DNA from: a virus
Reading direction: 5' to 3' (one strand)
IMG/VR virus record: IMGVR_UViG_2574179724_000002
Length of the DNA: 64,000 bases
The notes under the pieces were generated by a model. The model made no database searches. It was not told where the DNA came from and worked only from the letters and a program-made list of their open reading frames with translations. Below are positions 9,577 to 17,965 of the stretch, piece by piece. The translations under genes and the position numbers were made by a program. Numbering within the stretch: the first letter of the stretch is position 1; the number at the start of each line of letters is the position of its first letter.

Positions 9577-11016
9577 ATGGCAAAAGTAAATGGTAAAGGT
9601 TCAATCAGTGAGAACGATATGTTTTTGTTTCCAGTTGGCGAAGAATTAACAAGTGACGATATTGAAGGATTTGTTAAATATAATCAGCAAACACTAGCAA
9701 CTAATTATCAAGAAAATATCAATATGTACAAAGGTCATTATCCGATTCTAGATCAAGAAGCTAAACCGCTAAATAAACCAGATAATCGAATCTTAGTAAA
9801 CTTTGCAAAATACATTACAGATATTTCCAATGGATTCTTTATTGGTGTTCCACCAAAGATTAGCTTGCCTGATGATTCAAGTAATGATGATTTGCAGACA
9901 TTCAATAATCGGACATCAATGTTTGATAAATTAAGTGAAGTTGCTAAACAAAGCAGTATTTACGGCCGTTCTTTTTTAATGCTCTATCAGGATGAGAATG
10001 CTAATACTAATTGTGCTGTTTCATCACCGCTAAAATCATTAATGGTTTATGACGATACCGTTGCTCATAATCCTGTTTGTTTTATTCGATACAGTGTTGA
10101 TGAGGATAATAATTTAACTGGTACAGCATACACTGATAGTGAGATATTGAATTTTGATAGCGACTTTAAAATTATTGATCGTAAGCCGCATTTGTTTAAA
10201 TCAGTTCCAGCTGTCGAATTTATTGAAAACGAAGAACATCAAGGAGTGTTTGAATCTGTTAAACCGATTATGAATGCAATCAATAGTGCACTATCTCAAA
10301 AAGCCAATGACGTTGAAGCTATTGCTGATGCGTATCTAATGTTTAAAGGCGGCGAGTTTGATGCAGATATGATTAAAAACATGTCTGATAATCGAGTGAT
10401 TGCGAATGAATCTCCTGATTCAGATGCTAAGTTTCTTGAACGACCAAATGGAGATGGAACCCAAGAAAATCTGTTAGATCGTTTAGCTGAATATTTATTT
10501 CAAACAGCAATGGTTACTAATTTAAATGATGTCAATACTACCGGTTCAGCTGATACTGCCAGTGGTTATTCGATTGAACTTAAAATGCAAGCTATGCGTT
10601 CGTTAGCGTCAAATAAAGAGCGCAAGTTTACTAATGCTTTGCGCGAGTTTTATCGAATATTATTCAATATTAGCAATGTGGCCAAAACTTCATTTGTCAA
10701 AAAAGTAGTTAATACTTTGACTGGTAATACGCAAAGTAATCCAGCTGATGAATTGAGTTTTCAGTTTACCAGGAACTTACCACGGAACATTGCAAATGAA
10801 GCCACTACTGCTCAAACGCTTGAAGGTATTGTGTCTAAAGAAACTCAACTTAAAGTTTTGTCAATTGTTGATGATCCTAAAGCAGAGATTCAAAAGATTC
10901 AAGATGAAGAAAAAGAAGGAATCACGTCAGCAGTTAATAGCAATCCAGCGAATTACAATTTTGATAATCAGCAGAAATCTGGTGTAGAAGATGACGAAAC
11001 CGACGACGAACAGTAG
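9577..11016 (+). CDS. Portal protein, SPP1 family
   Basis: NRILVNFAKYITD, IYGRSF, FTRNLPRN, VSKETQL. Confidence 0.92.
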   Translation: MAKVNGKGSISENDMFLFPVGEELTSDDIEGFVKYNQQTLATNYQENINMYKGHYPILDQEAKPLNKPDNRILVNFAKYITDISNGFFIGVPPKISLPDDSSNDDLQTFNNRTSMFDKLSEVAKQSSIYGRSFLMLYQDENANTNCAVSSPLKSLMVYDDTVAHNPVCFIRYSVDEDNNLTGTAYTDSEILNFDSDFKIIDRKPHLFKSVPAVEFIENEEHQGVFESVKPIMNAINSALSQKANDVEAIADAYLMFKGGEFDADMIKNMSDNRVIANESPDSDAKFLERPNGDGTQENLLDRLAEYLFQTAMVTNLNDVNTTGSADTASGYSIELKMQAMRSLASNKERKFTNALREFYRILFNISNVAKTSFVKKVVNTLTGNTQSNPADELSFQFTRNLPRNIANEATTAQTLEGIVSKETQLKVLSIVDDPKAEIQKIQDEEKEGITSAVNSNPANYNFDNQQKSGVEDDETDDEQ

Positions 11017-12836
11017 TTACTGGAAAAAGCGTGAAACGATTGAAAGCAAATGGATTGATGCTAATATCAAAAACGATGCTGATTATGCTAAATTAATTCA
11101 GAAACACTATGAGCAATTGACCGATACAATCAATAAACAAATTTCAGATTTTTACATGCGATACGCTAGTAAAGAAAATCTTGGAATGGACGATGCAGTT
11201 AAAGCTATTAGTAAGTTTGATGTGCGAGCTTTTGAAAAGATTGCTGCTAAAATGGTTAAAGAAAAGGACTTTAGTTCTTATGCTAATGATCGTTTGAAAA
11301 TTTATAATGCAACAATGCGAATAAATCGCTTGGAGTATTTAAAATCTCAAATTGGATTGGCAATGACTGAAGTTACTAATCAAGAAGAACAACGATTAAA
11401 TCAAAATTTGAATCAAAGCTATATTGACGAGGTAAAACGTCAAGCCGGTATTTTAAGCAAACACAAAATTGATGATGTCTTAGCTAAGGTTTCAGCAGTA
11501 GTTAATGCTAGTTTCCATGGGGCTACCTGGTCACAAAGAATATGGGTCAATCAAGATACTCTGAAAGCTGAATTAGATAAGCTTTTAACTCAATCAATGG
11601 TTCAAGGTATTAACCCTAATGTTTTAGCTAGTCAATTGCGAAAACAAGTATCAACTAAAGTTAAAAACGCTAGTTATATGACTGAACGCTTAATGAGAAC
11701 TGAAACAGCTAGAGTTCAAGACGAAGCTCAGATAGCAAGTTTTAAAAAGTTTGGTATTGAATATGTTAAGTGGGTAGCTGAACCAACAGCGTGTGAGCAG
11801 TGTCAAGATATTGCTGCTGCTAATGATGGCTTTTATCCATTGACTAAAGCTCCAGGCATTCCAGTTCATGCTAATTGTCGTTGTAGTAAAGCCGCTGCTG
11901 ATAAACCAAAATGGCTAGCGGATGAAACAGCTGATACAGTAAAAGGCATTCAAGATTTTGAAAACAAAGATTTGAAAGCACAAATTGGTGAAAATAACTA
12001 CGAAGTATTAAAAAACAAAATTAATTCACCAGATTTTGACCCGCGTCTCAAATCAGTATTAACTAGGTATCAAGACAAATTTAAGTTTGATTACAAAAAC
12101 TATGACCGGATTGGAGACAGTTCAGAGTCTGAAAACTACAATGCTCTCACGAAAAAAATACTTGCTTATAAAAATAGCTTTACTGGTAACAGCTACAATA
12201 AGCCGCTTCAAGCTGTATTTCACGAGATGGGACACGCTGTTGATAATTTCGCCACAAAAGACTTACTTGGAAAAGAATTTTTGCCTACTGGTAAAATGAC
12301 GAAAGTAAGAATTGCAGGTAAAATGAAAAAAGTTGAAGGCTCAACAGTTCATATTTCGAGTTCTAAAGAATATGACTTAGCAGGCTTGATAAAGGATGAT
12401 TTAAACAATACGATTTATAGTGGGATACCAAGCATTGAAAGCTTAGGCCCAAAGCCACGTAGGAGAGGCCAAAGCTAAAACTGATTGGTATAATAATGCT
12501 TACGATATACTAGCAAAACAGGAAAACGCTCGAACTAAGTTTATTGATGATTTTAAGCAGAAAATCAAAAACAAAAAACTTACTGAAAGTGAGTATGGTC
12601 CGCTTTCTGATATACTTGAATCAACTAAAGATTTTGGAGAATATCCATTTAAAATTGGGCATGGGAAGCGTTATTGGAATAATGATACTAATCAGCAAAC
12701 TGAATTTGTTGCTCACATAACAGAGTCGCTTGCTGCTAATCCTAAATCGCTTGAAATCATACAGAAGTATTTTCCAAGCACTTCAAAAGCCTATTTCGAT
12801 TTATTAGAGGATATTGCCAAGAAAGGGGCTGAATAA
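10991..12836 (+). pseudogene. Minor head protein (SPP1 gp7/MuF) with C-terminal zinc metallopeptidase-like domain, +1 frameshift near 12470
   Basis: ERLMRTETAR, PGIPVHANCRC, then FHEMGH; frame resumes at 12471 (KAKTDW...GHGKRYW...EFVAH) to TAA 12836. Confidence 0.75.
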
Positions 12837-13045
12837 TGTTTTCTGTTGAAGAAGAAGCTAGACCTATCCTACAAAAAGCTAATGATGAGTATTCAGCTAA
12901 GTTCAACGATGATTTACCAATTATAAAGCTTCTTAGCACTAATAACGTGGATAAGGCTGAAGCTTTACGGATACTTGATTTAGTTGAAAAAGCAATCGAG
13001 GATAACAAGTCATTTGGCGATTACGATCCAAATATATTTTACTAG
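12836..13045 (+). CDS. Small acidic protein, candidate immunity to the MuF toxin domain
   Basis: TAATG coupling to the restored MuF frame. Confidence 0.6.
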   Translation: MFSVEEEARPILQKANDEYSAKFNDDLPIIKLLSTNNVDKAEALRILDLVEKAIEDNKSFGDYDPNIFY

Positions 13046-13070
13046 CACTGATTAATTTCAGTGCTTTTTT
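13044..13070 (+). terminator. Intrinsic terminator
   Basis: AGCACTGA/TCAGTGCT stem followed by T-run. Confidence 0.75.
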
Positions 13071-13082
13071 AGTGGAGTGAAA

Positions 13083-13298
13083 ATGAAACATTATTTATTG
13101 CAATATTGGGCTTATAACGAAAATGATGAAACAACAACCGTTCTTCGTTCAAAAGAAGTTCTAGCAAGCGATGAAACCGTAAATGCAATGCTTGGGGATA
13201 AGAAACATCAATATTTAAGGTTCATAATAAATGATGGACAAGATTTTATTATTTCAGTGGATTGCGTTCATAGTTTGACAACTAGAATACCAGATTGA
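13083..13298 (+). CDS. Hypothetical protein
   Basis: RBS GGAG; lies between two hairpins. Confidence 0.55.
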   Translation: MKHYLLQYWAYNENDETTTVLRSKEVLASDETVNAMLGDKKHQYLRFIINDGQDFIISVDCVHSLTTRIPD

Positions 13299-13338
13299 AG
13301 CACTCAATTAAGTTTGATTGTTTTTTATTTTGCCTTTT

Positions 13339-13408
13339 TTCCTCGATTATAGGCGTTAAAGAATAATCGTGAGTAGACAGACCACCGGGTCTTAAAAACG
13401 AGGAGGAA
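13339..13408 (+). promoter_or_regulatory. Structured leader able to mask the scaffold RBS
   Basis: TTCCTCG complementary to CGAGGAG (RBS); inner stems CGATTAT/ATAATCG and AGACC/GGTCT. Confidence 0.45.
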
Positions 13409-13415
13409 TTGTTTT

Positions 13416-14042
13416 ATGAATGACAAAATGAAGATGAATCTACAGTATTTCGCAGAACAACAAGATGACACCGCGGATAATTCTGAAACTCAAACGAAAA
13501 CTGAAGATAATCAACAAGAACAACAGCAAGAATCAACTAAAAAAACAAAAACGTTCACTCAAGAAGAAGTAAATCAGATGGTTAATGAACGCTTGGAACG
13601 CGAACGTAAAGCTCAAGAAGTGAAGATTCAGGCTGCTAAAGATGAAGCTGCAAAGTTGGCTAAGATGAATGCTGACCAGAAAAAAGAGTATCAGTTGCAG
13701 AAACAGACTGAACGTGCTGAAGCAGCTGAAGCTAAACTTGCTAAGTTTGAAATGACGAAGCAAGCTCGTTCAATGATGAGTGAAGCTGGTTTAAATGTAA
13801 CTGATGATGAACTTGACTTGGTAGTTACCAGTGATGCTGAATCAACTCAGGCTAATGTCAATCAGTTAATTAGTTTTGCTGACCGAGTACGTGAAGCTGT
13901 TAAAACCGAGTTGTTAAAAGGTGATACTCCAACCGAGTCTGGTAAATCTATCAAAACAATGACAAAAGCTGAAATCTTAGCGATTAAGGATTCGTTTAAG
14001 CGCAAGAAAGCCATCGCTGATAATATTCAGCTTTTTAAATAA
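13416..14042 (+). CDS. Capsid scaffold protein (DUF4355)
   Basis: MNLQYFAE start, KTFTQEEVN...ERLERE, LLKGDTP. Confidence 0.9.
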   Translation: MNDKMKMNLQYFAEQQDDTADNSETQTKTEDNQQEQQQESTKKTKTFTQEEVNQMVNERLERERKAQEVKIQAAKDEAAKLAKMNADQKKEYQLQKQTERAEAAEAKLAKFEMTKQARSMMSEAGLNVTDDELDLVVTSDAESTQANVNQLISFADRVREAVKTELLKGDTPTESGKSIKTMTKAEILAIKDSFKRKKAIADNIQLFK

Positions 14043-14060
14043 GAAAGGAAGTTTTTATAA

Positions 14061-14966
14061 ATGGCAGATGCAAATTTAATTGATAAAAATAGTTTAGGTA
14101 CGGTCAATGCAATTGATTTCGTCAATCAGTTTGGCTATTCCGTTAAAAAGTTACAGGAAGCATTAGGGGTTACTCGTTTACAGCCGATGAAACAAGGTAA
14201 TCAGATCCAAACTTACAAATTTGGTATTACTAAACCAAAAGATTCAAATAATGCTGAAGTTGATCCAGCAACAATCGGTGAGGGTGAAACTATTCCGTTA
14301 ACCAAAATCACACGTGAAGTAGCTAACACTTACACCGTTGGATTCAGTAAGTACCGTATGGGAACAACTATTGAAGCTGTTCAAAAATACGGCTATGACT
14401 TAGCTGTCGAAAAAACTCAGCAACAGATGCTTCAGGATATCCAAAAAGATATTCGTGCTAAGTTCTTTAGTTACTTGGGTACCGCTCCCAACGATTTGGG
14501 TACTGTCGGAGATTTACAAGACGCTTACGGCAAAGTCTATGGCAAGTTGTTAAGTGAGTTTGATACTGATACACCACAGATTATTATGTTCATTAACCCT
14601 GTCGATGCCGGTAATTATTTAGGAACAGCAGCTATCCAAAACGGTCAAGGCGTCGCTTTTGGTCTTACCTTATTGAAAGGCTTTTTGGGTGGTAATTTTG
14701 ATGTTATTTTAAACGCTAGTGTTCCAGCTGGAACTTTCTATGCGACAGTTAAAGATAACATTAATCTCCAGTACATTGATGTAAATGGTGAATCAAGCAA
14801 ACTGTTCCAGAACAAAACGGTAACTACTGACGAGACTGGTTTAATCGCGTTAGTCCAAGATGATACGATTGAAAACTTGAGTAACGAATCAGTTATCTAC
14901 CAGGGCATCAATCTGTTTGCTGAAGTTGAAAATGGTGTCTTAAAAGGAACATTGGGGTCAAAATAG
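14061..14966 (+). CDS. Major capsid protein
   Basis: Follows scaffold; AIDFVNQF, IGEGETIPLTK, GINLFAE. Confidence 0.88.
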   Translation: MADANLIDKNSLGTVNAIDFVNQFGYSVKKLQEALGVTRLQPMKQGNQIQTYKFGITKPKDSNNAEVDPATIGEGETIPLTKITREVANTYTVGFSKYRMGTTIEAVQKYGYDLAVEKTQQQMLQDIQKDIRAKFFSYLGTAPNDLGTVGDLQDAYGKVYGKLLSEFDTDTPQIIMFINPVDAGNYLGTAAIQNGQGVAFGLTLLKGFLGGNFDVILNASVPAGTFYATVKDNINLQYIDVNGESSKLFQNKTVTTDETGLIALVQDDTIENLSNESVIYQGINLFAEVENGVLKGTLGSK

Positions 14967-15229
14967 TAGCGCCTGACGGTATCACATTAAGTCAAAAGAC
15001 AATGAGCGGTACCGCTGGCACTACTAAGTCAGTGACTGCAACTTTGACACCTGATGGCGCTTCGGGAGATGTAACAGCAACATCTAGCGATACATCAATC
15101 GCTACTGTTGCTAAAAACAGTGATGGCAGTTTTACAGTTAATTTAGTTACAGCTGGTTCAGCAACGATTACCTTTGCTACTGGCGATGTAACAAGCACAT
15201 TAGCTGTAACTGTTAGTGCTGCTAGTTAG
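14960..15229 (+). CDS. Ig-like (Big_2) domain in the -1 frame, probable frameshift extension of the capsid protein
   Basis: TCA AAA TAG; -1 frame reads KIVAPDGITLSQKTMSG...TSSDTSIATV...AGSATIT; no RBS for ATG 15002. Confidence 0.75.
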   Translation, partial: KIVAPDGITLSQKTMSGTAGTTKSVTATLTPDGASGDVTATSSDTSIATVAKNSDGSFTVNLVTAGSATITFATGDVTSTLAVTVSAAS

Positions 15230-15240
15230 GAGTGATTTAA

Positions 15241-15591
15241 ATGGCTGATTCAAGTCAGGTATTAACTAAGATTAAATCACTTTTGAGCTTGAAAGATAAC
15301 TCGCAAGATGATGTTTTAAACACAATTATTGATTTGATTTCAGCTCGTTTGAAGTCAAAAATTGGTAAAAAAGTTTCGGAAGATGTGCCTGATGAACTTG
15401 GGTATATCGTAGTTGAAGCAAGTGTTTCAAGGTTTAATCGAATTAGCGATGAAGGCAAGAAGTCGGCAAGCGAATCAGAAGTTAGCGCTACGTATGAAAC
15501 TGATGATTTAGCACCATTTGCAAATGATATTGCTGATTGGATTGCTAATCAAAATGATGGCAACGCTACTGGAAAGTTCGTGATGTACTGA
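15241..15591 (+). CDS. Head-tail connector protein
   Basis: VPDELGYIVVEASVSRFNRISDEG. Confidence 0.85.
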   Translation: MADSSQVLTKIKSLLSLKDNSQDDVLNTIIDLISARLKSKIGKKVSEDVPDELGYIVVEASVSRFNRISDEGKKSASESEVSATYETDDLAPFANDIADWIANQNDGNATGKFVMY

Positions 15592-15911
15592 TGAGATATC
15601 TTGATACAATCACATTCGTTAAAAAAACAGCTAGTCATTATGACCCGGATTTAGGTCAAGACGTTGAAGGTGAGAGCAAAGAAACTAGTGTACTTTGTCA
15701 TGTAGTAACTCCATCAATGACTAAGTCTGCATTGGTGATTGGTGACTTAAAAACAACAGATGTCATTGTACACCTCAAACAGCCGTTTTTAGACACTTTT
15801 GACTATGCCTTGATAAATAATACTCGGTACACGTTAGAACTATCCAAAACGGTTAATAGACGGCAAATTTTAACTCTTAAAGGTGGTAATGCAAATGGGA
15901 GTAACACTTAG
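15591..15911 (+). CDS. Head closure / head-tail joining protein
   Basis: MRYLDTITF..K...YDPDLG; synteny. Confidence 0.7.
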   Translation: MRYLDTITFVKKTASHYDPDLGQDVEGESKETSVLCHVVTPSMTKSALVIGDLKTTDVIVHLKQPFLDTFDYALINNTRYTLELSKTVNRRQILTLKGGNANGSNT

Positions 15912-16242
15912 TGGTGGTGAGGGACTAATGAGCTTCTTCAACGCTAAAACCAAAGTTGCTGCTAAAGCCATTGAAGTTACTAAAAGCAATGGCATGCAAA
16001 TGCAGCAAAAAGCCCAGCGTTTAGCCCCAGTTGATACTGGCTTTTTAAAGCGTAATATTCACTTAAATTTCGTAATCAGTGGCCTTGAATTTACTGCTAC
16101 TGTCAGTGGAGATGCTAACTATGATCCATATCAGGAATATGGGACTAGATTTCAACCTGGTAAACCACATATTCGACCGGCTTATTACGCTCAAAGAACT
16201 ATTTTTGAAACTGAAATGGGGAAGTTGGCGAATAGAAAATGA
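15895..16242 (+). CDS. HK97 gp10-like neck/tail component
   Basis: APVDTGFLKRNI, YQEYGTRFQPGKPHIRPA. Confidence 0.88.
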   Translation: MGVTLSGGEGLMSFFNAKTKVAAKAIEVTKSNGMQMQQKAQRLAPVDTGFLKRNIHLNFVISGLEFTATVSGDANYDPYQEYGTRFQPGKPHIRPAYYAQRTIFETEMGKLANRK

Positions 16243-16628
16243 GTAAGGAACCTAATCAAGCTATTTATGACGAGATGTTTAAGCAAAGTCTAGCCTTAGG
16301 TTATTCAACTTATAACTATTTACCGGACGATGCGAGTTATCCGTTCGTTTATTTCGGTGAGCAGTTTGGAGAACCAATTGAAGTTAAATCTTTAGTTCAT
16401 CAAATTGGAACATCTATTTTGACGATTCACTTGTATGGTGCAAAAAACAACCGTAAACAAATAACAGATATGATGGCAGCTTTAACTAACAAGGCCAAAA
16501 GGCTTGATACTGCTGATGTATATCGTGTTGGATTTGCTAGCTCAAAACCGCAAATGATACTTGATAATTCTTCGGCAGATGTACTTTGGCATGGAACTTT
16601 AGAACTTGAATTGCAATATGCAAATTAA
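16239..16628 (+). CDS. Tail terminator / tail completion protein
   Basis: LPDDASYPFVYFGE, LWHGTLEL; synteny. Confidence 0.75.
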   Translation: MSKEPNQAIYDEMFKQSLALGYSTYNYLPDDASYPFVYFGEQFGEPIEVKSLVHQIGTSILTIHLYGAKNNRKQITDMMAALTNKAKRLDTADVYRVGFASSKPQMILDNSSADVLWHGTLELELQYAN

Positions 16629-16647
16629 TAAAAAGGAGAGATGTTTT

Positions 16648-17160
16648 ATGGGAGCAACACCTATTTATGGTAAAGATAAAATTTTAATGTTTCGTTTATA
16701 TGAACAACGAGCAACAGCTGGGGCTACTAAGTTAGCTTTGCAAACACAACATAGTTGGAAATATGATTCTAAGTCTGATTCAACAGAAACCAAGGACGGA
16801 ACTATTAACTCGCCAGCGACAACGTCAGTAACACTGGATATTGAAGCTGTAGCTAGTTTGGATGATGTTAACAAATTTTTAGAAGATGCTGCTAAGAATT
16901 CTAAACTATTAGAAGTTTGGGATATTAATTTAGCTGATAAACAAGCCGATGGAAAATATGGCGCTAAGTATGGACAAGGTTACTTGCAGTCTTGGGAAGT
17001 CCCTGCGGAAGTTGGCAAATTAACAACAATTAAAACAACTATGAATATTGATCAATTACCGGTTGATGGGACAGCAACAGTGACAGCGGATCAACAAAAC
17101 GAAATCCAATATGCTTTCGCTGATACTACTAAGGTTACTGCTGATCAAAGCAATGGCTAA
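16648..17160 (+). CDS. Major tail protein, TP901-1 family
   Basis: GKDKILMFR, KLALQTQHS, TETKDG, YGQGYL. Confidence 0.9.
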   Translation: MGATPIYGKDKILMFRLYEQRATAGATKLALQTQHSWKYDSKSDSTETKDGTINSPATTSVTLDIEAVASLDDVNKFLEDAAKNSKLLEVWDINLADKQADGKYGAKYGQGYLQSWEVPAEVGKLTTIKTTMNIDQLPVDGTATVTADQQNEIQYAFADTTKVTADQSNG

Positions 17161-17167
17161 TCTGGGG

Positions 17168-17198
17168 AAGTGCGGTTCGATTCCGCACTTTTTCTTTT
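17168..17198 (+). terminator. Terminator hairpin with a tRNA T-loop-like loop
   Basis: AAGTGCGG-TTCGATT-CCGCACTT then T-rich run. Confidence 0.7.
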
Positions 17199-17226
17199 AT
17201 AAAAAATTAAAAAGGTGGTCTAAATT

Positions 17227-17634
17227 ATGGATATTAACTTAAAAGGTCAACGTTATAAGCTACATTTTGGAATCGGATTTATCAAAGAATTAGATGAGAT
17301 TTTTAAAAGTGAAGTCATGGATATTGAATTTGGTACGGGGGTAAATACTATTTATGTTAAATTACAAACTCCAAATCCTTATCCGCTATATCAAGCACTC
17401 CATGCGGCATTAAATACACAAATTGATTTGAAAGAAGAAGAGTTTGACGAATGGGTTGATAGTTTACCTACCATGAAGGCATTTACTGATTTTTTCGACA
17501 AATTTGTCAAAGAATTAGAAAATCAACGACAGACGAAACCTTTAATTTCGAACTACAAAAAGACATTGGCAGAAATGGCGAAGAAAGTCCAGGAAGAAGC
17601 AAAAGGACATCTATCGAAACCTACAGAGAAATAG
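17227..17634 (+). CDS. Tail assembly chaperone
   Basis: LHFGIGFIKELD; between major tail and tape measure genes. Confidence 0.85.
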   Translation: MDINLKGQRYKLHFGIGFIKELDEIFKSEVMDIEFGTGVNTIYVKLQTPNPYPLYQALHAALNTQIDLKEEEFDEWVDSLPTMKAFTDFFDKFVKELENQRQTKPLISNYKKTLAEMAKKVQEEAKGHLSKPTEK

Positions 17635-17687
17635 TTCTAAATTGCTTTAGATATTTAAAAATAGGGTCGTTAAAAGAAATCAATGAA

Positions 17688-17963
17688 ATGACAATTGGCG
17701 AGTATTCAACTAGAATGCTTGCTTTTAATTTGTCTCAAATTGATGACGTAGCTGCTAGACGTGATTTAGCGTGGTCAATTATGATTGCGCAAAGCGTTGA
17801 TAAAGATGGAAAATCACCATTCAAGGACTTTAAAGACTTTTTTGACTATCAAAAAGAACTCGATGATGTTTATATGCCAACTCAGCGAGAAGAAGATATG
17901 AATCCGACTTTAGTTCGTATTGCTAAACGAGTTCAGGAATATCACAAATTGAAAGGAGGATAA
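17688..17963 (+). CDS. Second tail chaperone segment (lambda gpT-like), frame open upstream into the chaperone's -1 frame
   Basis: Upstream in-frame TYREIVLNCFRYL; FKDFKDFFDY. Confidence 0.7.
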   Translation: MTIGEYSTRMLAFNLSQIDDVAARRDLAWSIMIAQSVDKDGKSPFKDFKDFFDYQKELDDVYMPTQREEDMNPTLVRIAKRVQEYHKLKGG

Positions 17964-17965
17964 AA

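Noticed and set aside
17168-17190. Possible tRNA gene (GGTTCGATTCC)
   Set aside because: Only a T-arm hairpin; no acceptor, D or anticodon arms can be folded around it
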